This document shows positions 9,710-19,000 of a stretch of DNA of 64,000 nucleotides, one piece after another (within the stretch, counting starts at the first letter, position 1; every line of letters begins with the position of its first letter). The translations under genes and the position numbers were made by a program. The notes beneath the pieces are model-generated. The model searched no databases. It was not told where the DNA came from and saw only the letters and a program-made list of their open reading frames with translations. The DNA is from Candidatus Hydrogenedens sp. GTDB taxonomy: Bacteria > Hydrogenedentota > Hydrogenedentia > Hydrogenedentales > Hydrogenedentaceae. The stretch spans positions 64,001 through 128,000 of the forward strand of contig JBMFRC010000008.1 of the NCBI GenBank assembly GCA_049968235.1. Direction: 5' to 3'.

Positions 9710-10525
9710 ATGGGTCTTAGAATTAACACCAATGTACCGTCATTGAATGCGGCACGCGTTCTACGGCGTTCAACGCTGGATTTGAACAAAACATTGGAAC
9801 GGCTTTCAAGTGGGTTGAGAATCAACCGTGCAGCCGATGATGCAGCAGGTCTTGCTATTGCAGAAGCGTTTCGTTCAATTGTTCGTGGTTCAAATGTAGC
9901 TCAACGGAATGCACAGGACGGTATTAGTCTGGTACAGACCGCAGAAGGTGCATTAAGCGAAACCACAAATATTTTGCAACGAATTCGCGAATTGGCAGTA
10001 CAAGCAGCAAACGGCACTCAGAGCGATACCAACCGCGCTGCAATTAACACAGAAGTTCAACAGTTATTACAACAAATCGACAAGATTGCCACCGACACCG
10101 AATTTAATGGAATCTATATATTGAGCGTCTCTCAAACAGTAAATTTACAGGTAGGTGCTTTCAGCGGGCAAGTAATGGCAATAACTGTTGGTGGGGCAAA
10201 AACGAATGACCTTTCTGTTGATATTGTAAATGTATCTACAATGGCAGGTGCGGTATCTGCATTGTCCTTAGTAGATAATGCTCTAAAGAGTGTAAATACA
10301 CTCCGCGCTACTCTGGGTGCTTATCAGAATCGTCTTGAATTTACAATTAACACACTGGCGATTCAGGAAGAAAATTCGGCTGCTTCGGAGAGTGCTATTC
10401 GTGATGCGGACATAGCACAAGAGACAATACGGTTTACCCGGAACCAGATATTGGTAAATGCAGGTACTTCCGTACTTGCCCAATCGAATGTCGTTCCACA
10501 AACTGCATTGCAGCTGTTAAGATAA
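9710..10525 (+). CDS. Flagellin (copy 1 of 4)
   Basis: The product MGLRINTN...LSSGLRINRAADDAAGLAIAE...QTALQLLR has conserved flagellin N- and C-terminal D0/D1 segments. The start at 9710 is preferred over the ORF-track start at 9695 because GGAGGAA lies 7 nt upstream and the other three copies begin at the same residue. Confidence 0.9.
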   Translation: MGLRINTNVPSLNAARVLRRSTLDLNKTLERLSSGLRINRAADDAAGLAIAEAFRSIVRGSNVAQRNAQDGISLVQTAEGALSETTNILQRIRELAVQAANGTQSDTNRAAINTEVQQLLQQIDKIATDTEFNGIYILSVSQTVNLQVGAFSGQVMAITVGGAKTNDLSVDIVNVSTMAGAVSALSLVDNALKSVNTLRATLGAYQNRLEFTINTLAIQEENSAASESAIRDADIAQETIRFTRNQILVNAGTSVLAQSNVVPQTALQLLR

Positions 10526-10615
10526 TAAAACTTTAACAGTAAAAGGTGTGTTCAAAATGAAACAATTAAGGGCAGGGAAAGCCCAAAGAAATAAGTAACT
10601 CAAGGAGGAATAACT

Positions 10616-11431
10616 ATGGGACTTCGTATTAACACAAATGTATCAGCGTTAAACGCTGCCCGTGTGTTACGCCGTAGCACACTGGATTTAAACAAATCCT
10701 TAGAGCAATTGTCCAGTGGTCTGAGAATTAACCGTGCTGCGGATGATGCAGCAGGACTGGCTATTGCAGAGAGTTTCCGCGCTCAAGTTCGTGGTACACA
10801 GGTGGCTCAGCGAAATGTTCAGGATGGTATTAGTCTCGTTCAAACGGCAGAAGGAGCCTTGAGCGAAACGACAAACATCCTGCAACGAATTCGCGAATTA
10901 GCCGTGCAGGCAGCCAATGGAACCCAAAGTGATACCAACCGTGCCGCAATCCAGACCGAAGTAGGTGAATTGATTAGTCAAATTGATAAGATTGCTACGG
11001 ATACAGAGTTTAATGGTATCAAAGTTTTAACAGGGGCACAATCAGTTGTCATGCAAGCAGGTTATTTACAAGGGCAAACGCTAAGTTTAACAATTAGCGG
11101 TGCTACGGCAGCGATACTGAGTGTAAACAATCTGGCGGTATCCACTCGGTCTCTTGCAGAATCCGCCATTACACTGGTTGACAATGCTTTGAGATCTGTA
11201 AATACCTTGCGGGCGACATTGGGTGCTTATCAGAACCGTATGGAGTTCACAATTAATACCTTAGCCATTCAGCAAGAGAACTCCTCAGCCTCTGAAAGTG
11301 CTATTCGCGATGCGGATATTGCTCAGGTAACCATTCGGTTCACCCGTAACCAGATACTTGTAAACGCAGGAACTTCCGTATTAGCTCAAGCCAATGTCGT
11401 CCCACAAACAGCATTACAATTATTAAGATAA
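10616..11431 (+). CDS. Flagellin (copy 2 of 4)
   Basis: Same conserved flagellin termini, 271 aa, SD AAGGAGGAA. Confidence 0.9.
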   Translation: MGLRINTNVSALNAARVLRRSTLDLNKSLEQLSSGLRINRAADDAAGLAIAESFRAQVRGTQVAQRNVQDGISLVQTAEGALSETTNILQRIRELAVQAANGTQSDTNRAAIQTEVGELISQIDKIATDTEFNGIKVLTGAQSVVMQAGYLQGQTLSLTISGATAAILSVNNLAVSTRSLAESAITLVDNALRSVNTLRATLGAYQNRMEFTINTLAIQQENSSASESAIRDADIAQVTIRFTRNQILVNAGTSVLAQANVVPQTALQLLR

Positions 11432-11524
11432 TTGATGGGAAACATAAGGTTTGATTAAAATTGAATTACTCTTGGACAAAAAACTCATGGATGGGATAAC
11501 AATAACTCATGGAGGAATTTAGTT

Positions 11525-12340
11525 ATGGGTTTAAGAATTAACACAAATATACCGGCAATAAATGCAAGCCGGGTACTCCGCAGAACAACAGCGGATTTGA
11601 ACAAAACGTTGGAACAATTATCCAGCGGTTTGCGTATCAATCGTGCTGCAGATGATGCGGCGGGCCTTGCTATCGCTGAAGCATTTCGTTCCCAGGTATT
11701 GGGAACAGGTGTAGCCCAGCGGAATGCCCAAGACGGTATCAGTCTTGTTCAAACAGCAGAAGGTGCTTTGAGCGAAACGACAAATATTCTGCAACGGATG
11801 CGTGAACTGGCTGTTCAAGCGGCAAATGGCACACAAAGTGATAGTAATCGTTCGGCAATACAAGGTGAAATCAATCAACTGATTCAACAAATTAATGCAA
11901 TTGCTACCGATACAGAATTCAACGGTATCACAGTTTTAAATACAACCAGTGCTATTCAAATTCAAGCAGGGGTATATTCCGGACAAACCCTTGCTTTGAG
12001 TATGGCTTCTGCAACAGCCGCTGCACTGGGTGTCAGTCTTGTCAGTGTTGTTTCTGCTGTGTTAGCCGCTTCCGCAATCAGTGTAATTGATGCGGCATTA
12101 GGCACTGTAAATACCCTGCGAGCAAGATTGGGTGCTTATCAGAATCGTCTGGAATTCACAATAAATACCCTCGCTATCCAGCAGGAAAATGCCTCCGCAT
12201 CAGAAAGCGCTATTCGCGATGCAGATATTGCTCAGGTGACGATACGCTTTACCCGAAACCAAATTTTGCTGAACGCAGGGACATCTGTATTGGCACAAGC
12301 TAATATTGTTCCCCAGACAGCATTGCAGTTGTTGAGGTAA
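11525..12340 (+). CDS. Flagellin (copy 3 of 4)
   Basis: Same conserved flagellin termini, 271 aa, SD GGAGGAA. Confidence 0.9.
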   Translation: MGLRINTNIPAINASRVLRRTTADLNKTLEQLSSGLRINRAADDAAGLAIAEAFRSQVLGTGVAQRNAQDGISLVQTAEGALSETTNILQRMRELAVQAANGTQSDSNRSAIQGEINQLIQQINAIATDTEFNGITVLNTTSAIQIQAGVYSGQTLALSMASATAAALGVSLVSVVSAVLAASAISVIDAALGTVNTLRARLGAYQNRLEFTINTLAIQQENASASESAIRDADIAQVTIRFTRNQILLNAGTSVLAQANIVPQTALQLLR

Positions 12341-12350
12341 AGTTACTCTC

Positions 12351-12376
12351 GAGGGCAGGGTATATCCCCTGCCCTC
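12351..12376 (+). terminator. GC-rich hairpin (perfect 10-bp stem, 6-nt loop) downstream of flagellin copy 3; no U-tract
   Basis: GAGGGCAGGG-TATATC-CCCTGCCCTC, 11 nt after the stop codon. Confidence 0.35.
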
Positions 12377-12501
12377 TGTCTGGAACATATATTATCAGTA
12401 TTAACCTTTTCAGGGATGGCGTGAAAGACCTGAAAGCATGTCTGATAATTAAAAGAAAGGGAATTCTGGATAAGTGTTAAACACTCAAGGAGGTAAGAAC
12501 T

Positions 12502-13317
12502 ATGGGACTTCGAATAAACACAAATATCCCGGCTTTAAATACCGCACGGGTTCTACGGAAGTCTACTCTTGACCTTAATAAAAGTCTGGAAAGGTTAAGT
12601 AGTGGTCTGCGTATTAACCGCGCTGCGGATGATGCAGCAGGGCTTGCCATCGCAGAAAGTTTCCGGGCTCAGGTTCGCGGGACAAATGTGGCTCAACGAA
12701 ATGCACAGGACGGTATCAGTCTGGTTCAAACAGCAGAAGGTGCATTGAGCGAAACAACAAATATCCTGCAACGGATTCGCGAACTTGCAGTTCAGGCAGC
12801 GAATGGAACACTAAGTAGCACAAATCGAAGTGCATTGAACACAGAAGCACAGGAGTTAATTTCGCAAATCGATAAGATTGCTAATGATACTGAGTTCAAT
12901 AGTTTACGGATATTAAGTGCTACCAACAGTGTTGTTCTTCAAGCAGGTCCTAATCAAGGACAAACACTGACTGTTTCCATTGATGCAGCAAATGCCAGTG
13001 TGTTAGGTGTAAGTGGGATTTCTCTGGCTTTTGCAGATTCTGCTGCTGCGGCTATCACAAAAGTTGACGATGCATTAAGAAGTGTAAATACTCTCCGAAG
13101 TAAATTAGGTGCTTATCAAAATCGGTTAGAGTTTACTATTAACACTCTTGCCATTCAAGAAGAAAATGCAGCATCTTCAGAAAGTGCTATCCGCGATGCA
13201 GATATTGCCCAGGAAACAATCCGGTTTACTCGCAATCAAATTCTGGTGAATGCGGGAACATCTGTGCTTGCACAAGCCAATATCGTTCCCCAGACAGCAT
13301 TAGCATTATTGAGATAA
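12502..13317 (+). CDS. Flagellin (copy 4 of 4)
   Basis: Same conserved flagellin termini, 271 aa, SD AAGGAGG. Confidence 0.9.
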   Translation: MGLRINTNIPALNTARVLRKSTLDLNKSLERLSSGLRINRAADDAAGLAIAESFRAQVRGTNVAQRNAQDGISLVQTAEGALSETTNILQRIRELAVQAANGTLSSTNRSALNTEAQELISQIDKIANDTEFNSLRILSATNSVVLQAGPNQGQTLTVSIDAANASVLGVSGISLAFADSAAAAITKVDDALRSVNTLRSKLGAYQNRLEFTINTLAIQEENAASSESAIRDADIAQETIRFTRNQILVNAGTSVLAQANIVPQTALALLR

Positions 13318-13337
13318 AATAGAGGAGGCGGAGCACT

Positions 13338-13745
13338 ATGGGTATGTCGCGTATTGATTTTCAGAATACCGCGGCTCTTCCTATGGTTATACATGGAGAA
13401 ACTCCGTTACCCGCTCCGCCTCGCATTCCTTCTTCACAAGGTTCAGGAGCAGAAAACCCAGTTGTTGTTTCTGACAGAACTGCTCCCGGCGAGGCGGAAC
13501 AAAGAGCCGAATTGCAAAAGGAAACTGTCGGGCAAATTACAACTGAACGAAATGAAATTCTGAAAAAATTAGAACTTCCCATGACAACTACGCGTTTAAA
13601 GGTAGATGAAGAAAATCAACGAATTGTTATTCAGATTTTAGATTCTCAAAATCAGGTTATCCGTCAAATACCACCGGAAGAATGGCTAAAATTTCTGTCA
13701 CGCTGGCAAAAAGTACAGGGCTTATTCTTTGATGAACAAGTATAA
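13338..13745 (+). CDS. flaG: FlaG family flagellar protein
   Basis: A small protein immediately after the flagellins. Its C-terminal block LKVDEENQRIVIQILDSQNQVIRQIPPEE is typical of FlaG. A GGAGG SD lies 8 nt upstream. Confidence 0.6.
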   Translation: MGMSRIDFQNTAALPMVIHGETPLPAPPRIPSSQGSGAENPVVVSDRTAPGEAEQRAELQKETVGQITTERNEILKKLELPMTTTRLKVDEENQRIVIQILDSQNQVIRQIPPEEWLKFLSRWQKVQGLFFDEQV

Positions 13746-13794
13746 ATAATCATTTTTAGGGGTTCAAGAAAAGAAACGGGAGGGGTGTTTTCTA

Positions 13795-14472
13795 TTATGG
13801 AATTATTATCCAGGCGCCAGGGATACATTTATCTCCTAATTTTTGGCCTAAAGAACTATTCTTTATCTTCTGGAAATCATCATTACCATCCGGTAATTGA
13901 ACTGTTTGTCCGGGTTTGGCTCTTTGAATACGTTCCAATGCGTAAATAGATTCTATTTTAGAGATAGACATGTCAGGAATATTTTTGTTTAGATTGGCAA
14001 TTTCCTTATATAAGGCTTTCCTATCTTTATTTTCATCAGAAAGTAATCTTTGAATCTCATTTTTCTTCTCCGCATCTTTCAAGGCATCACATTCTTTCAA
14101 TTCCAGATATCCCCTATTATTTTCCGCAAGACATCCTTGATTTTTTAATTGTTCAATTTGTTCGAACCGTTCACGCATACGGTCTGCAATTTCTTTTGCC
14201 AATGGAGAAACCGTCGCCAATGCTTCAGCATAAACAGGAGTAAATACATGGAAAGTTGAACCTAACCAACTGGTTTTGTTCTTGTTATCCTCTTCTTTAA
14301 CGGGTAATTCATCTGTTTTCTTCTCTACATAATCTAAAAGATTACCCGCTTGCTCCTGAACATGTCGAATATCAAGTGTGATATGTGCCTCAATAGTATG
14401 CTTGGTTTGTAGAACGCAATTGATACTTAGCAAAACGCCTATTACGAAAAAAACGGACGAAATTTTCTTCAT
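13795..14472 (-). CDS. Secreted coiled-coil protein with a C-terminal YdbL-like (DUF1318) segment
   Basis: Signal peptide. The motif NQGCLAENNRGYLEL...ENKDRKALYKEIANLN resembles the GxxGExxxGYL...DRxxLYxxIA pattern I recall for YdbL/DUF1318. Low certainty. Confidence 0.35.
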   Translation of the reverse strand: MKKISSVFFVIGVLLSINCVLQTKHTIEAHITLDIRHVQEQAGNLLDYVEKKTDELPVKEEDNKNKTSWLGSTFHVFTPVYAEALATVSPLAKEIADRMRERFEQIEQLKNQGCLAENNRGYLELKECDALKDAEKKNEIQRLLSDENKDRKALYKEIANLNKNIPDMSISKIESIYALERIQRAKPGQTVQLPDGNDDFQKIKNSSLGQKLGDKCIPGAWIIIP

Positions 14473-14670
14473 ATCACTTTTCCTTTTTTACAAATAACCA
14501 TCTATTTATTATACGAATTTATCCGTGATTTTATTTCATTATACAAATAAATTAAAAAAAAAAATAAATTTGTTTTCTTTATATAGTACTGTTCTATTTG
14601 CGTTTCTAATATTGATTTTCTTAATCTAATTACGACAAAAAATCCGAATTATTTACAACAGGAGATACGT

Positions 14671-15882
14671 ATGGGGAATATAAACGAACTTGCTATATTA
14701 GGAGGAGAACCTGTAAGACCTCCCGAAAAAAAGTGGCATTCCTGGCCTGTTTTTGACGAGCAAGAACGAAATGCTATTTTAGAAGTTCTCGAAAGTGGAA
14801 AATGGTTCTATGGTGAGAAAGTAAAACAATTTGAAGAAGTCTATTCTCAGTTTCAAAAAGCGAAATATTGTGTCTCTTGTAATAGCGGAACAACCGCACT
14901 TGAAATAACACTACAAGCAATAGGATTACAACACGGTGAAGAGGTCATAGTCCCCCCTTATACATTTATTGCAACCGCTTCTGCAGTTGTGCGTATGGGT
15001 GGAATTCCTATTTTTGTAGATGTAGACGAAACATGGTGTATGGACCCTGACATAATTGAATCTGCAATTACACCTCGAACAAAAGCCATAATCCCTGTTC
15101 ACTTCGGTGGGAAAATCTGCGATATGGATAAAATTAATGCAGTGGCACAGAAACATAATCTTGTTGTAATTGAAGATGCCTGTCATGCCTGGGGCGGAGC
15201 ATGGAAAGGGAAAGGAGCAGGAACATTAGGGCTTGGAGGTGTATTTAGTTTCCAGATGTCTAAAAATATTACTGCAGGTGAAGGTGGAGCCATTGTTACT
15301 GATGATGAAAATTTTGCGGATATATGTCGTTCTATAAGCAATTGTGGTCGCTCAAAAACGGGTCCCTGGTATTATCATGAACGAATTGGGACCAATGTGC
15401 GAATGAACGAGTTTACCGCAAATATCCTATTAGCACAGTTATCCCGAGCAGAAAAACAACTGCAAATTCGAGAAGCAAATGGTACTTATCTTACCCAGGC
15501 TTTAATGGATATACCCGGTATTTACCCCCAACCCTTAAGTAATCGCATTACACGAAGGGCATATCATCTTATTTGTATTCGAATCAAAGAGGAAGAGTTT
15601 GGTTGTTCTCGAGAATTGTTTGTAAAAGCAGTACATGCGGAAGGATTACCTATAACATCAGGTTATCCATATCCGATTTATAAACAGCCTGCATTCCAGA
15701 ATGCTAACTTTTATGATTATTCACAAACATACTGTCCTATAACAGAAGATTTATGCTATAAGAGTGGTACATGGTTACCCCATCATATTTTACTGGGGAA
15801 AGAAAAAGATATGGAAGACATTGTAAAAATTATCCGTAAAGTGCAGAAACATGCTCCGGAATTAAAAAAATTGAATGCTTAA
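14671..15882 (+). CDS. DegT/DnrJ/EryC1/StrS family PLP-dependent sugar aminotransferase
   Basis: The PLP-lysine region SFQMSKNITAGEGGAIVTDDE is characteristic, and the overall length and blocks match ArnB/PseC-type enzymes. Confidence 0.85.
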   Translation: MGNINELAILGGEPVRPPEKKWHSWPVFDEQERNAILEVLESGKWFYGEKVKQFEEVYSQFQKAKYCVSCNSGTTALEITLQAIGLQHGEEVIVPPYTFIATASAVVRMGGIPIFVDVDETWCMDPDIIESAITPRTKAIIPVHFGGKICDMDKINAVAQKHNLVVIEDACHAWGGAWKGKGAGTLGLGGVFSFQMSKNITAGEGGAIVTDDENFADICRSISNCGRSKTGPWYYHERIGTNVRMNEFTANILLAQLSRAEKQLQIREANGTYLTQALMDIPGIYPQPLSNRITRRAYHLICIRIKEEEFGCSRELFVKAVHAEGLPITSGYPYPIYKQPAFQNANFYDYSQTYCPITEDLCYKSGTWLPHHILLGKEKDMEDIVKIIRKVQKHAPELKKLNA

Positions 15883-15900
15883 AATGCCTATCGAACAATT

Positions 15901-15940
15901 CAGACCTGTCTGATATATTTGACTCGTCAGACTCGTCTGA
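15901..15940. promoter_or_regulatory. Pair of short inverted repeats (CAGAC-N2-GTCTG) upstream of the large GT-C/TPR gene; candidate operator
   Basis: CAGACCTGTCTG at 15901-15912 and TCAGACTCGTCTGA at 15927-15940. A direct repeat GACTCGTC occurs at 15921 and 15930. Confidence 0.3.
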
Positions 15941-16021
15941 TTTGTTCGACTCATCATAATTACAAGGAGAGGTCCTATTACGAAGCAATCTTTCTGGATA
16001 TTATTAATTCTTTTCTTAGGA

Positions 16022-19000
16022 TTGGGGTTAAGAGTCCTTTACCTTTCCGATGCAATAAAAAATCCGGATTTTTCAGCACCCCTACACGATGCGGAATTTA
16101 AAGATTACTGGGCAAGGGCTATCTTATCCGGTAATTATACACCTCCACGGAATGAAGGTAATCCATTTATGGAAGGTCATCCCCTTCCCAATCCACCGGG
16201 CTATCCCTTATTCCTTGCATTGATTTATTGGTTAACAGAAGGTAGTTATCTCGCCGTGCGATGGGTTCAAATTTGTATTGGACTTCTTAATATATTCCTT
16301 GTGTATCTATTAGGCAAAAACCTCTTTGATTATAAAGCCGGGCTTTTTTCTGCATTAGGAGTGGCTACCTACTGGGCGTTTGTCCACTATGATATGGAAC
16401 TTAATCAGGTTACCATCTTTATAACCATAAATTTATTATGTTTCAATTTACTTCTACAGGCATATAAAAAAAATAAATTAGGACTACTTTCCTTAGCAGG
16501 TCTTATATTCGGGATGGGGGCATGGTTCCGTGGCGAAGTGTTTATTCTCATTTTCCCGCTAACAATATTTGTTATGTTCCTTTTTTTTCATCCGGGACGG
16601 CTAAAAACTGTTTTTTACACAGGATTGTTATTCTTAGTTTCTGCACTACTATCTGTGCTTCCATTATCTTTATACAATTACTATCTTTGTGGTTCGTTTA
16701 CTTCAGGCTCACATAATAGCGAATGTAGTATCTCCATCGCTTTTCACCCGGACACACCCGAATACGGTTCATATACACCGGAGATGCTTCGATGGCTCAA
16801 TAAAACGCCTGAGGATACGGTGGAAATATTTGATCTGGACGGAATGACCCTTGGCTTAGGAAAACAATTAGGATTGGAACGAAGAGCAACTTATAAGGAA
16901 TGGAAAAATTATCTTATCTCCGGTGCTATACATAATATAAAAACATATCCATGGCTCAATCTTAAAAAATGCTTAAAACGATTTTTATGGACTTTTTCCC
17001 CACAAGAATTGGATGAAAATAAAGTGATTTATTATGAGCGAGAAGTTTCAACAGTACTAAAATACTTACCTCGTTTTCCTCTCGCAATGAGTTTATTCAC
17101 TTTAAGCCTTATTTTACTCGTTATCTCCTTGTCATCAAAAGGGGCTATACCGATAAAAATAAGCACTTGCTCCTGGAAATTCATATTCGTCTTGTTATTT
17201 TTTGTTGCAACAAATATCAGCATTTTTTCGCTTTTGATAGCAGGAAGTCGATATCGTATATCCCTTCTCCCCTATTTTTTTATTTTTGGTGGTATTGTTT
17301 TTTCGTCATTATGGGAAACGGTCTCGAACAAAAGATGGAATTGGGCTACTTTGATTATTTTTGGTTTCCTTATTCTTTTTTCGTTAGCCCATGTTCCATT
17401 TTTCGATTACCAGCCCAACCGCTCCCGATGGTTAGATGAACGGCGAAAATGTTATCAGAGAATTGGAAAGATAGCGGAAGGAGTACAATTCTTTGAAAAA
17501 TGGTTAGAAAAACATTCAGACGCAGATGCTCATTATCACGCGGGGGTCCTTTGTTATGAACTCAATGAACTAACAAAGGCAGAAGAACATTTTTATACTT
17601 GTCTCAAATTATCACCTGACCATCCATCCGCTCCTTATAATTTAGGTTTGATTTTTGCAAAAAGAGGTGATTGGGCAAAAGCAGGAAAATATTTTGAGGA
17701 AGCCGTAAAAAGAAATCCGAGCAAAGCGGATATGTGGTTCGCATTAGGTTGGGCAACTGAAAACAGTGGTGATTTATCTACTGCATTAGAGCATTACACA
17801 CATGCATTGAATATAAATCCACACCATACTCAGGCATTAAATCATAGTGCCGTAATTATGTTTCAAAAAGGGGAAGGAAAAACTGCAAAACAACATCTTG
17901 AACAGGCAATTCGCATTGACCCTAACTATGTAGATGCACGATTTAATTTGGGTCAAATTCTCTTAGCGGAACGGAAACCTGCAGATGCCTTGAAGCAATT
18001 CATGACTGTTAAAGGGAAGTATCAACCGGAACATGAATTATTAAAATGTATAGGATTATGTTATGTCCAGATGCTTGATTATAAGGAGGCACTAAATTAT
18101 CTCTTAAAAGCAAAGGGAATGAACCCCGAGAAATGGGATGCAGAAGATAGTCTTGCTGTCTGTTACGCAGGATTAGGCATGCGAGAAGAATGTATACGAA
18201 CAATTGAAATATTAGAGGATAAATTATCTAATTCAATACAGGTTTTTAATTTGGGGCATGCATGGGAATTACTGGGAGAATGGGATAAAGCAGAAACTTA
18301 TTATAAAACTGTTATTGAAAAAGATAAAAACAATGCAGATACATACGCAGGATTGGGAAATATTTCTTTAATTCGTGGGGACAAAAACTCCGCTTACATG
18401 TATTTCAAACAGGCATTGGAAATTAACCCACATCAAGTTGGGGCATGGTTCAATTTAATTTTATCATGGGTAGAAAATCGAGAATGGGAAAAAGCAAAAA
18501 CACAGTTAATAGAGTTTATAAATTATTATCCCGAACATATAGAGGCATACTATAATTTAGGGATTGTAAATGAAGCCTTAGGCAATATTGAGGATGCAAA
18601 AAAGTCGTATGAAAAAGTGTTAGAAAAGAAATCAGACCATTCAGGGGCTTTATTCTCCCGCGCTACTATTGCTTTATCGGAAATGGATTTAGAAAATGCA
18701 AAAGAACTATTTGAGAAACTTAAGCCTATTGAACCGTTTAAATCTTTATATCATTTAGGAATTGTTTATTCATTAAAGGAGGATTGGAACAATGCACATG
18801 ATTGTTTCTTAAATTCTTTTTTTATAAATCCTCAACCCTTTTATAATGATTATATATATGCGTTTAATATCGGTAGAAGTTATGACCATCTTGACTGCTT
18901 ATATGAGGCGGAGAAATTCTACCGTATTTCTTTTGAATTGAATAATAATTTCGTAGATGCGAAAGATGCCCTCTCTTTTCTTCTTTTTCAACAAGGAAAT

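Noticed and set aside
15919-16101. The 60-aa ORF on the + strand overlapping the start of the GT-C/TPR gene.
   Set aside because: It is out of frame with the downstream gene, has no homology or hydrophobic segment, and lies in the region better explained as the 5' extension of the 16022 gene in another frame.
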